A stretch of DNA of 32,702 nucleotides, taken from NCBI GenBank assembly GCA_037444665.1, contig JBBILZ010000025.1, positions 1 through 32,702 on the forward strand. Reading direction: 5' to 3'. How positions within the stretch are numbered: the first letter of the stretch is position 1; every line of letters starts with the position of its first letter. The stretch is from a candidate division WOR-3 bacterium. GTDB taxonomy: Bacteria > Hydrothermota > Tepidihabitantia > SM23-42 > JAOAFX01. Positions 20,586 to 29,103 of the stretch are shown here, one piece after another. A program made the position numbers and the translations under genes. Below the pieces are notes generated by a model that did not search any database, had not been told where the DNA came from, and worked only from the letters and a program-made list of their open reading frames with translations.

Positions 20586-21635
20586 TTACTGCTCTTTCTT
20601 TACCATTGCATAGAGGACACCGCCAATGCCGATTGTTCCGGCAACGAACAGGATTGTAAACGATAATATCGCAATAAATACACCAACAAATCCAATACCA
20701 TTGAGCAAAATACCAAAGATAGGAATGAGCATCAGGCAGAGCCAGCCAATGGAAAATTGACCAATCCTATTTTTTATTTGCCAGTTCAAACCCTCACAGA
20801 TTCTTTCACCAAGAATTGTGGAAATTCCTGTGAGCCCGAAGATTATACCGACAAAGAATGCCAGGACAAATGCGGGTATAATGGGAATACCGATGATAGA
20901 AATGGCAAAGAGAATTATTAAAGGCACAAATAGTATTTCCAGTCCTATACCAATGGCGATTGCAATCCAGATATTCTTTTGAATCATCTTTTCAATCTTT
21001 TCTATTGCACGCGGAAAGATTAAAAGGGCGAGTAGATTTAAAATATACATAACCAAAAGAAAAGCAATTGAGGCAAATCCAACAAATATCCGCTTCAATG
21101 GAGAGGTTCTCTGGTGTAATCTCAATAGCGGTCCAATTTTGGGCATTATTTTATCAAGTTTACCAATATCAAGGGCAGTTATTTTGCCGTTTACAATTGC
21201 ATAGTCTGAGCGGTCAACACTGCCACCGATAATTGCGATATCACCTTCTGTAACTGAACCTGAATCAAGTTCAACGCTTCCACCAGCAACTGCAATATCA
21301 CCTTCAATTTTGTTGATATTCTTAACTGAACCACCAGCAACTGCAACATCGCCAGTAATCTTACCATAATTTTCAATCTCTCCGCCGAAGACTGCAATAT
21401 CACCATCAACTGTTCCATTGATTTTTACTGAACCACCCATTACTGCGAGGTCACCAGTTATCAATCCATCAATTGTGGCATTGCCACCGCTTACTGTAAC
21501 ATCTTCATTAAGGGTGTCTGAAGATTTTAAATGGAAATCACCAGCAAATGTCTGTGCACAGGGTTCTGTTTTATCTTCAACCTGTTGGGCAAAGACGCAT
21601 AGAACAATTAATAAAAGCAGTGTTAATTTATTCAT
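20586..21635 (-). CDS. Bactofilin-like (polymer-forming) beta-helix protein with C-terminal transmembrane helices
   Basis: Repeated GD[LIV]AV-x-GG-x-[VI] units followed by several TM segments including ISIIGIP. Confidence 0.75.
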   Translation of the reverse strand: MNKLTLLLLIVLCVFAQQVEDKTEPCAQTFAGDFHLKSSDTLNEDVTVSGGNATIDGLITGDLAVMGGSVKINGTVDGDIAVFGGEIENYGKITGDVAVAGGSVKNINKIEGDIAVAGGSVELDSGSVTEGDIAIIGGSVDRSDYAIVNGKITALDIGKLDKIMPKIGPLLRLHQRTSPLKRIFVGFASIAFLLVMYILNLLALLIFPRAIEKIEKMIQKNIWIAIAIGIGLEILFVPLIILFAISIIGIPIIPAFVLAFFVGIIFGLTGISTILGERICEGLNWQIKNRIGQFSIGWLCLMLIPIFGILLNGIGFVGVFIAILSFTILFVAGTIGIGGVLYAMVKKEQ

Positions 21636-22771
21636 TTTTCCTCCAATGTTGCTAATGAGTTCTTTTGTAATTTATTTAATAAGAGAATAATCATTCCGGT
21701 TCCAAAGAAGAGCACAATGATACGGACAAAGAATCCAAGATAAGGAATTAAACTAATGAGTGAAATAATAATGAAGCCGAGAATGAATGAAAGTATGGGC
21801 GAAGGTATTGATTCTTTTTTTATCAATTTAATTATCCATTCACCAAATCCTGCAGAGAAGATGATACCAGAAATATATGCAAGCGTAAGAAAGACAAAGA
21901 CACCAAATATGGCAATGGGAATACCAATGATTGTTGCAAGGGTGAGCACTGAAACAATAGGAATCACAATAATAGTAAGGAATCCAAATCCCAGACTCTT
22001 CCAGGTGGAATCCTTAAGGACTTGATTGGTTGTCTTTATATAGGGTTTTAAAATGGCAATAAGGATTATGCCGATGATGAGTTTACTAAGAAAGAAAATG
22101 GTCTTAAAGAACCCTGCTATTCCTTTTTTCGGCTTTTGTGCCTTTTCTTCTATTTTTTTATACTCTGTCTTTCCCAGTATTTTAGCATTTGAATCAATTA
22201 CTGGCTCATTCTTGCTCTTTACAATAAAGTCTTCCAGTACAGTGGCACCAGAATTTACATACACATTTTCTGCCTCAATATCTACACGGTGGATTTTGCC
22301 ATTCAGATTGAGTTTACCCATATTTCCTTTGACCTTGCCCTGAACCTCACCATTTATTTTAATCTCACCACCAAAGACAAGCACATCTTTTTTGACAAGA
22401 TTCGTGTTGCTGGTCTTTAATTTTCCACCAAAGAACAAAAGATTATTCTCAATATTTGCATCTGTCTTGAGTGAACCGCAGAATGCCCAGATACTCCGAC
22501 ACTTCTTTACATTGAGATTTATTTCTGCACCTCCAGTATAGATTGAACCATTAACCGTGTTCTCTATGAACACTTCCTGGGCAAAGGCGAACAGGTCGCC
22601 ATTAACAATGCCTTCAATTTTCACTGAACGACCCATTGCAATGAGGTCATCATCAATTATTTCTTCAGGACCAACAACAATATCTTTGCCGGTCTTTAAG
22701 ATCAGGCTTGTGCCGGGCATAGCCAAAAAAAGAATTAAGAATATGGCTAATATGAATTTTGTATTTCCCAT
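21632..22771 (-). CDS. Bactofilin-like beta-helix protein with C-terminal transmembrane helices (paralog)
   Basis: DDL-x-A-x-G-x-x-V-x-IEG-x-VNGDLFA repeats; TIIGIP and LIPYLG TM motifs. Confidence 0.75.
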   Translation of the reverse strand: MGNTKFILAIFLILFLAMPGTSLILKTGKDIVVGPEEIIDDDLIAMGRSVKIEGIVNGDLFAFAQEVFIENTVNGSIYTGGAEINLNVKKCRSIWAFCGSLKTDANIENNLLFFGGKLKTSNTNLVKKDVLVFGGEIKINGEVQGKVKGNMGKLNLNGKIHRVDIEAENVYVNSGATVLEDFIVKSKNEPVIDSNAKILGKTEYKKIEEKAQKPKKGIAGFFKTIFFLSKLIIGIILIAILKPYIKTTNQVLKDSTWKSLGFGFLTIIVIPIVSVLTLATIIGIPIAIFGVFVFLTLAYISGIIFSAGFGEWIIKLIKKESIPSPILSFILGFIIISLISLIPYLGFFVRIIVLFFGTGMIILLLNKLQKNSLATLEEK

Positions 22772-23277
22772 TTTTCCTCCTTTTTCAGGATTGTGATAAA
22801 AATATAAAAAATTGGTGCTAAAAGTATTAATCCAGCAAATAACTGGACCAAATTGAGTTTTAAAAAAGATTGAGCAAAGATAGTTATTCCATTGGCAAGT
22901 GGTCGTGTCTTTTCAATGATGTGTAAAATCCCTGGAACCATAAACAGAATCTTTGATAATAGATAAGTTTTCACGGGTGTGAGTAAGAAAACTATTAAAG
23001 TAGCGGCATAGATACCAATAACTGAAGGAACGAATCTTTTCCATACTTTTTGTGGTTTAATACCAATTTCAGCCATAACCCGTTCATTAAATCCAGGAGA
23101 AGGAAAATATTCAATCAGTTCTTTTAATCCGTTTTTAATCCTTTCCATTTCACAGAAATATCCCTGACACTCCATACACTCCTTTAAGTGTTGGTTGAGG
23201 ATTTCTTCTTCCTGGCTGGTTATTTCATTGTCCAGTTTTTTCTGGATTAATTTCTCAATCTCTATGTGCCTCATCAT
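22747..23277 (-). CDS. Zinc-finger (zf-HC2/ZAS) transmembrane anti-sigma factor
   Basis: LD-x-E...HL-x-x-C-x-x-C (HLKECMEC), P-x-x-F-x-x-RVM, two TM segments. Confidence 0.85.
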   Translation of the reverse strand: MMRHIEIEKLIQKKLDNEITSQEEEILNQHLKECMECQGYFCEMERIKNGLKELIEYFPSPGFNERVMAEIGIKPQKVWKRFVPSVIGIYAATLIVFLLTPVKTYLLSKILFMVPGILHIIEKTRPLANGITIFAQSFLKLNLVQLFAGLILLAPIFYIFITILKKEEKWEIQNSY

Positions 23278-23284
23278 TAAGTAA

Positions 23285-23310
23285 TACGCAAAATTTCATA
23301 AAAAGTTTCA
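23285..23310 (-). promoter_or_regulatory. SigW-type ECF promoter of the anti-sigma operon
   Basis: TGAAAC-N16-CGTA matches the Bacillus subtilis SigW consensus; start codon 7 nt downstream. Confidence 0.7.
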
Positions 23311-23334
23311 CTTAAGGATTTAGATATGCAGATA

Positions 23335-23362
23335 TTGACACATAATAGATATTAAATATAGT
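23335..23362 (+). promoter_or_regulatory. Sigma70-type promoter of the TonB-dependent receptor
   Basis: TTGACA-N16-TATAGT. Confidence 0.6.
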
Positions 23363-23377
23363 ATTTTCTTAGATTTT

Positions 23378-25696
23378 ATGGATTTTCAGAGAAGAATCAC
23401 ATTTTTAGTCTTTTTATTGTTTTTAATACCATCGCCTGGCAGACCAATTGAATCTGGTACAATCAAGGGTTTTATATCAGATGCTGAAAATGGTGAAGGC
23501 CTGGGTTATGCAAATGTTGTTTTAAAGAACACAACAATGGGCACAAGTGCTGATGAAAAGGGCTATTATTATATTTCGCATATAATCCCTGGCGAATATA
23601 CGATTATTTTCTCGTATCTTGGTTATGAATCAGTAGAAAAGACGATTCAAATTAAGGCAAACGAAGTTTTGACAATGAATATTGAATTAAAGCCAATGCC
23701 CATAGAAATGCCCGGGGTGGTCGTTTCTTCAGACCGTGACCGTTTTGAAAAGAGTGTTGAAGTGAGCCATATTACTTTTACCCAGAGGGAGATAAGGTCG
23801 GTTCCGGGATTTTTTGAATCAGATTTAATTAAGACCCTGCAATTGATGCCTGGTGTCAGTACTATGCATGACCTTTCCAATAAATTATATGTTCGGGGTG
23901 GAAGCCCTGACGAAAATCTTGTTCTGCTTGATGGGATAATAATATATAATCCTGCAACCCATCTTTTTGGTCTTTTCTCTACATTCCAACCTGATGCAGT
24001 AAAAGAAGCAGAACTTTTTGCTGGTGGATTTCCTGCAAAATACGGTGATAGACTCTCGGCAGTCCTTGATATAACAACAAAAGAAGGTAACTCAAAAAAA
24101 TACGAGGGTGAGGCAAGCCTTGGCCTTATTACATCAAAGATATTGATTGAGGGTCCGATACCAAAGGGTTCTTTTTTATTCAGTGGCAGAAGAACATATT
24201 TTGATGCACTGGTATGGGGCTATGCCCACATCTTTAATAAAGATGTAAGTTTGCCCTATTATTTTTATGATGGTGTTGCTAAGATAAATTATAATCCATC
24301 AATTGATAATAGATTCACCTTAACCGGGTTTGGCGGAGCAGATGTTATTTCTTTTGAAGAAGGTGAGCCACCGAGTGAAAAGATTGACCTGATATGGGGA
24401 AATCGTGGTATCTCAGCAAGGTGGCGCAGGGTTCTGACTTCAAAATTGTATTGTGAATTTCTCGGTGTTTACAGTGAATTCTTCACTGATTTTAAATATA
24501 AACATTATTATGATACAATCCAGAATTTAGAACTTTTTGAAAAGATTAAAAGTTTTACAGGTAAGTGCGATGCGTCATATATTTTAAACCAGGAACATAC
24601 AATTGATTTTGGTCTGCACGAAGAGAATCTCAGGGTTGAACAGCAATGGGAAATTGAGGAACAAGAATTTGGTCCACCAATTCAAAAATCCAATCTCATC
24701 GCCATCTATGTTCAGGACAAATGGCAATTGATAAAACCTATTTTATATGTCCAGCCGGGCATTCGTGGAATCTATTATAATTTAGGCAGAAGATTTGTGT
24801 ATAATCCCCGCTTTGGATTGAAATATCGGTTTCAAGAAAATTCTGCATTTAATCTTGCACTTGGAAAATATAATCAGTTTCTTGTAACCATTAATAGCCA
24901 GGAGTCCTATTTTTCCATCTTTGATTTCTGGCGTCCACTTGATGCGAGCCATAACCCACCAGTCAGTTACCATTTTATTTGTGGCATAGAAAGATGGTTT
25001 GATGAACAGACAAATCTGGCATTCAGCCCTTATTATAAAAAATATTACAATCTTTTAATTCCGAAAGAAGAGGATATGTTCTTTAGCACACCAACTGAAA
25101 GCCTGGGCACGGGACAGGGATATGCTGCTGGTTTTGATATTTTCTTCAAGAAGAGTATTAATGATTACTCTGGCTGGTTCAGTTATACATTTGGCATAAC
25201 GCGCAGGCAACTTGAAAATATGTCTTATTATCCAAGATATGACCGCAGGCATAATATCAACATTGTTTTTGGGCTTGTTGTTCCGGGTTCAATCCCTGTT
25301 TTCAAAAAAGGGAGACTTGATTTGAGATGGTATCTGGGGACTGGTCTACCATATGCCCTTGAGATTGGTCGTTACCGTCATTTTTATTACCTGGAAATGG
25401 ATTCAGTCTATATTTATGATTGGCACAACATAAAAGGAAAAAGAGACGCACATAGACTACCGATTGCCCACCGGCTTGATTTACATTATGAAAGAGATAC
25501 AAAACTTTTTGGTTTAAAAACAACCTGGTATCTTGATGTTGTTAATCTTTATGCAAAAAAAAATATTCTATTTTATGATTACGAATATTTTGATTACAAT
25601 ACTGGTCAAGAATATAACCCGCCGAAAAAGGTTGGTTATTCAATACCGCCAATTGCTATTCCCATCCCTTCATTTGGTTTAAAGATGAGGTTTTAG
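23378..25696 (+). CDS. TonB-dependent receptor with a carboxypeptidase-regulatory-like N-domain
   Basis: G-x-I-x-G-x-x-x-D-x-x-x-GE-x-L, plug motifs LQLMPGV, VRGG-x-x-DEN-x-x-x-LDG and GGFPAKYGDRLS; barrel ending in F. Confidence 0.92.
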   Translation: MDFQRRITFLVFLLFLIPSPGRPIESGTIKGFISDAENGEGLGYANVVLKNTTMGTSADEKGYYYISHIIPGEYTIIFSYLGYESVEKTIQIKANEVLTMNIELKPMPIEMPGVVVSSDRDRFEKSVEVSHITFTQREIRSVPGFFESDLIKTLQLMPGVSTMHDLSNKLYVRGGSPDENLVLLDGIIIYNPATHLFGLFSTFQPDAVKEAELFAGGFPAKYGDRLSAVLDITTKEGNSKKYEGEASLGLITSKILIEGPIPKGSFLFSGRRTYFDALVWGYAHIFNKDVSLPYYFYDGVAKINYNPSIDNRFTLTGFGGADVISFEEGEPPSEKIDLIWGNRGISARWRRVLTSKLYCEFLGVYSEFFTDFKYKHYYDTIQNLELFEKIKSFTGKCDASYILNQEHTIDFGLHEENLRVEQQWEIEEQEFGPPIQKSNLIAIYVQDKWQLIKPILYVQPGIRGIYYNLGRRFVYNPRFGLKYRFQENSAFNLALGKYNQFLVTINSQESYFSIFDFWRPLDASHNPPVSYHFICGIERWFDEQTNLAFSPYYKKYYNLLIPKEEDMFFSTPTESLGTGQGYAAGFDIFFKKSINDYSGWFSYTFGITRRQLENMSYYPRYDRRHNINIVFGLVVPGSIPVFKKGRLDLRWYLGTGLPYALEIGRYRHFYYLEMDSVYIYDWHNIKGKRDAHRLPIAHRLDLHYERDTKLFGLKTTWYLDVVNLYAKKNILFYDYEYFDYNTGQEYNPPKKVGYSIPPIAIPIPSFGLKMRF

Positions 25697-26443
25697 ATGG
25701 CTAATGACAGGAAAAACAAGCGGGCAAAAAGATTTTTTTGGCTGGTATGCTTTATTTTAATTATAACTTCTTGTAACGAAATATCAGAAGAATATGAACC
25801 CGAGTTGAATGTTTTCTGTATTTTGAATAACAAAAATAATTGTCAAAAGGTGATAGTTGACCGCACCTATAAAATGGATGAAAAAGAGCAGTATGACCTT
25901 GAAGATGTTCAGGTTATTCTATCAGGAAATGGATTGTGTGATACCCTTGTGCAGTTATATGATTCAATGGGTATCTTTATTACGGAAGATTCATTTCCTG
26001 TATATGCTCGCGCCCATTATTATTTAAAAGTTTCGGTAAAAGGTTTTGATACGCTTATAGGGAGCACAGATATCCCTGATACTTTTACGATATCTGGTCT
26101 GCATAATGGAGATACAACAACTTATGATGATACATTGATAATAAGAAAGTCAAAACCCAATATGCTATGCTCTATCAGCTTTACTTATAATGATACTGCG
26201 AGTGTAGAACTGGGATTATGGAACTCAATGGACAGCCTGGAATTTGTAATTCCAGTGTCTTATATACTTGTGTGTGCCGATGGAAAATATCTTATTAGAA
26301 TTGGTTTATCTGATTCTAATATTTATAATTATTATTCTGAAACTTATGATTCATTACCGCGTTGTGGGGTTGCGGGTGGAGTGGGTCTTTTTGGCTCAAT
26401 GTGGACTGAAAGTTTGACCGTTTTTTTGAAGACATCTAGATAA
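25697..26443 (+). CDS. DUF4249-like lipoprotein partner of the receptor
   Basis: Lipobox ITSC, EL-x-V-x-x-x-L, and C-terminal V-x-GG-x-G-x-FGS motif; directly after the receptor stop. Confidence 0.7.
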   Translation: MANDRKNKRAKRFFWLVCFILIITSCNEISEEYEPELNVFCILNNKNNCQKVIVDRTYKMDEKEQYDLEDVQVILSGNGLCDTLVQLYDSMGIFITEDSFPVYARAHYYLKVSVKGFDTLIGSTDIPDTFTISGLHNGDTTTYDDTLIIRKSKPNMLCSISFTYNDTASVELGLWNSMDSLEFVIPVSYILVCADGKYLIRIGLSDSNIYNYYSETYDSLPRCGVAGGVGLFGSMWTESLTVFLKTSR

Positions 26444-26450
26444 AGAGATA

Positions 26451-26969
26451 TTATTCTAACAACTTTTTCAGTTTTTTTCGTGCCCTGTGTAATCTGGTTT
26501 TGATCGTTGAAACAGGCAGATTAAGAATATTACTTATTTCTTGATAAGAGAGTTCTTCTCTGTGAAAAAGGATAACAATTTCGCGGTCAATTGGCACAAG
26601 TTGACCGAGTGCGATTTCAAGTTCTTTTAATCTTTTTTCCGCCTCAAATTTTTCTCTGAAGTCTACACTGGCTGAATAACTTTCATCAAGGTATTCATAT
26701 TCAATTTTCTGCTTCCGAAAAAAATCTACGACCAGATTATGGGCAATCGTGAATAACCAGGAACATAGGGATTTTGATGTATCAAAAGATTTTAATGATT
26801 TGAAACATCGTATAAATGTTTCAAATGTAATCTCTTCTGCGTCATCATAATTTTTTACCAGGCGCAAAACATAACTAAAGATTCTTCCTTTATACAGATT
26901 CAGTATCTTCTGACAGGCAGTTTCTTCTCCTTTTATTGCCTTTTCAATCAATACTTTTTCGTCAGCCAT
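26451..26969 (-). CDS. ECF RNA polymerase sigma factor (SigW/RpoE-like)
   Basis: DAEEIT-x-ETF, SWLFTIAHN-x-x-x-D-x-x-RK, LSYQEIS-x-x-L and TIKTRLHRAR. Confidence 0.93.
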   Translation of the reverse strand: MADEKVLIEKAIKGEETACQKILNLYKGRIFSYVLRLVKNYDDAEEITFETFIRCFKSLKSFDTSKSLCSWLFTIAHNLVVDFFRKQKIEYEYLDESYSASVDFREKFEAEKRLKELEIALGQLVPIDREIVILFHREELSYQEISNILNLPVSTIKTRLHRARKKLKKLLE

Positions 26970-26976
26970 CTATTTA

Positions 26977-27004
26977 AATATACACAGGTTATTATAAATT
27001 ACAA
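26977..27004 (-). promoter_or_regulatory. Weak sigma70-type promoter of the ECF sigma gene (leaderless)
   Basis: TTGTAA-N16-TATATT, ATG 7 nt downstream. Confidence 0.45.
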
Positions 27005-27050
27005 GACAGACACGGAAGGATTTTAGATGAGTCTTTCTCTGCTTGAAATT

Positions 27051-27208
27051 GTAGTTGTCCGATTAATCGGGCATTATATCAAGGATTGGTTTAGAAACAG
27101 GTCTAAGGTTGTAAGGCATAGCATCGGCATGGTTATTGGGTATTGGGCGTGGATGCTGGTATGGAGGGCATTGTCTCTGCAAAAAAGCCTCATAAATGTA
27201 GCAACTAC
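27051..27208 (+). mobile_element. REP doublet (REPIN-like), copy A
   Basis: GTAGttgtccgattaatcgggc...gcctcataaatgtagcaaCTAC; near-identical reverse complement of 29099-29260. Confidence 0.85.
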
Positions 27209-27266
27209 TAAGATTTTAGCAATATAAAGAAGAGTAAGATTGAAGAGGAGCCAGTGATTGTAACCC

Positions 27267-27295
27267 TTGATTGTTTTTCAATTTGCGTGTATAAT
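27267..27295 (+). promoter_or_regulatory. Sigma70-type promoter of the SPFH gene
   Basis: TTGATT-N17-TATAAT followed by an AAGGAGG RBS. Confidence 0.65.
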
Positions 27296-27312
27296 ATTCA
27301 AAGGAGGCTATT

Positions 27313-28257
27313 ATGTTCATACTCGGAATTTTGCTGGTAATTGCGTTGTTTGTGTTTCGTAAGATATACCGGGTATCTGCAGAGGACCGCAGGGTGGATG
27401 ATAAACTGCGCATAAGGAATTATGTTACATGGGGAAGTGGTATCCTTGCCGGATTGTTGATTTTCTTTTCCCTGCTCAGAATAGTGCCACCTGGTTCTGT
27501 TGGTGTTCAAATTCTCTTTGGTCGTGTTCTGACAAAGGCGACTGTATCTGAGGGATTGAATATTGTAAATCCGTTTGTTGACCTGCATATAATGAGTATC
27601 AGGACCCAGGCATATACAATGTCAATCGCATATGAAGAAGGGCAGGTAAAAGGTGATGATGCCATCACTGCCCTTACCAGAGATGGCCTTGAAGTAAAGA
27701 TGGACCTGACGGTCTGGTATCATTTAAATCCTGAAGAGGCTGCAATTGTATTTCAAAAGATCGGTTCGGATTATATAGAAAAAATTGTAAGACCTGCAGC
27801 ACGGACAGCAATAAGAAATACAACGGCAAATTATCAGGCAATTGAAATTTATGCAGAAAAACGAAAAGACCTTGAACTGGAGATTGAAAAACAACTTGCG
27901 GTCGATTTCAGTAAAAGGGGTATAATTTTAGAAAGGGTGCTCCTGAGAAATATCAGCCTGCCAGCAAAGGTCAAAAATGCAATTGAGGCAAAACTTGAAG
28001 CAGAGCAGGAAGCTCAGAAAATGGAATTTGTTTTATTAAAGGAGAGAAAAGAGGCAGAGCGGAAGAAGATAGAGGCGAGTGGTATTGCTGAGGCACAGCA
28101 AATCATTGCTCAATCACTCGTTGGTGACCGTGGCAGGGCATATCTCTCCTGGAAATACCTTGAAAATCTTCAACATCTCTACAATTCACCCAATAATACC
28201 ATTGTTATTGCACCATATGATAAAAATTTTATACCTTTGCTGCAGATGGGGAAATGA
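27313..28257 (+). CDS. Prohibitin/SPFH (band 7) family membrane protein
   Basis: VPPG-x-VGV-x-x-x-FG-x-V, EGL-x-x-VNP, T-x-DGL-x-V-x-x-D, LLRNI-x-LP and AIE-x-K-x-x-AEQ. Confidence 0.92.
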   Translation: MFILGILLVIALFVFRKIYRVSAEDRRVDDKLRIRNYVTWGSGILAGLLIFFSLLRIVPPGSVGVQILFGRVLTKATVSEGLNIVNPFVDLHIMSIRTQAYTMSIAYEEGQVKGDDAITALTRDGLEVKMDLTVWYHLNPEEAAIVFQKIGSDYIEKIVRPAARTAIRNTTANYQAIEIYAEKRKDLELEIEKQLAVDFSKRGIILERVLLRNISLPAKVKNAIEAKLEAEQEAQKMEFVLLKERKEAERKKIEASGIAEAQQIIAQSLVGDRGRAYLSWKYLENLQHLYNSPNNTIVIAPYDKNFIPLLQMGK

Positions 28258-28269
28258 ATTTAATAGGTC

Positions 28270-28297
28270 TTGACATAGATTTAAATAAGAGTATAAT
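28270..28297 (+). promoter_or_regulatory. Sigma70-type promoter of ssrA
   Basis: Perfect TTGACA-N16-TATAAT. Confidence 0.75.
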
Positions 28298-28328
28298 ATA
28301 AGTGAACAGATTTATTGTCTAAAACATA

Positions 28329-28683
28329 GGGGGCGAACGGTTTTGACAGGGTGAATGGGGTGAAAGAGGGCATACCGAGGTTCCTGGCCACCTCGTTAAT
28401 CCGACCATGAGAAAAAAACATCCTGCAAATACAGGATACGCACTGGCTGCATAAATAAATGCAGTCACGTCTGCCCGGGTTTTGCCCGGCCCGGGGTCAG
28501 ACGTCATAATGGGCAAAACCTTATCATACCCTGCCTTTGGGTTTGATAGGGTCTTCTAAAAAGGCTTGCCCTTATCAACCTGTCCTTTGGTCAAGATAAG
28601 GGGAGATTTATAAAGGGAATAAGTATGTAGTCATCTTCGCTGAAGCACTCTGGACGCGGGTTCGATTCCCGCCGCCTCCACCA
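28329..28683 (+). ncRNA. ssrA: tmRNA, tag (A)ANTGYALAA encoded at 28425-28454
   Basis: 5' GGGGGCG pairs with 3' CGCCTCC-ACCA and has the G3:U wobble; T-arm GCGGG-TTCGATT-CCCGC; internal reading frame ends YALAA-stop; 355 nt. Confidence 0.95.
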
Positions 28684-28710
28684 ATTTTGCTCAATCTTAG
28701 CAAGCGTAGT
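28673..28710 (+). repeat. 38-bp direct repeat (tmRNA 3' end plus left arm of the hairpin), copy 1
   Basis: cgcctccaccaattttgctcaatcttagcaagcgtagt is identical to 29066-29103. Confidence 0.95.
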
Positions 28711-28734
28711 GCAGGTAAGATTGATTGCAAAATT
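28683..28734 (+). terminator. Long hairpin after ssrA (probable terminator)
   Basis: aattttgc-tcaatctta ... taagattga-t-tgcaaaatt imperfect inverted repeat. Confidence 0.6.
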
Positions 28735-28774
28735 GAGTGCCCCGAATGTAATGAGGGGCATTTGATAATTTTCT

Positions 28775-29026
28775 ATGAAATATTATGTTTATATAATTAA
28801 ATCAGCGGATGGTGATTTATACACTGGTGTAACAAAGGATTTAAATGAGCGTTTGCGGCGTCATAATACAGGGAGGGGATGTAAATATACAAAGAATAAA
28901 ATTCCTTTCCGATTGGTTTACTACGAGGAGAGATTTGATTTTAAAGCGGCGCTTGAGCGTGAGCGACAGATAAAGAGTTATTCGCGATATAAAAAGAATT
29001 TACTAATTGAACGGCAGAAGATATAG
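28775..29026 (+). CDS. Stand-alone GIY-YIG nuclease (UPF0213/YazA-like)
   Basis: YYVYII...LYTG-x-T-x-DL-x-x-RL-x-x-HN-x-G-x-G-x-KYT...LVY-x-E...AL-x-RE-x-QIK. Confidence 0.92.
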   Translation: MKYYVYIIKSADGDLYTGVTKDLNERLRRHNTGRGCKYTKNKIPFRLVYYEERFDFKAALERERQIKSYSRYKKNLLIERQKI

Positions 29027-29065
29027 GGTTCGATTTCCCTCGTTGCACTCGGGACAGTGCCCACT

Positions 29066-29103
29066 CGCCTCCACCAATTTTGCTCAATCTTAGCAAGCGT
29101 AGT
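29066..29103 (+). repeat. 38-bp direct repeat, copy 2 (displaced tmRNA 3' end)
   Basis: Identical to 28673-28710; preceded by a split T-arm gggttcgatt...ccc. Confidence 0.95.

Noticed and set aside
21220..21500. DNA repeats such as ccaccagcaactgcaa
   Set aside because: Explained by the GDxAVxGG beta-helix repeats of the encoded protein.
27027..27227. ORFs 27027-27227 (+) and 28978-29175 (-) with similar peptides
   Set aside because: The similarity comes from the REP doublet, and the frames differ because of a 4-bp indel.
28319..28516. 65-aa ORF antisense to ssrA, and the many short antisense or out-of-frame ORFs inside long genes
   Set aside because: Shadow ORFs overlapping well-supported genes, with no independent signals.
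29026..29076. tRNA gene suggested by GGTTCGATT...CCACCA
   Set aside because: Only a split T-arm and the acceptor 3' strand are present. It is a duplicate of the tmRNA end.
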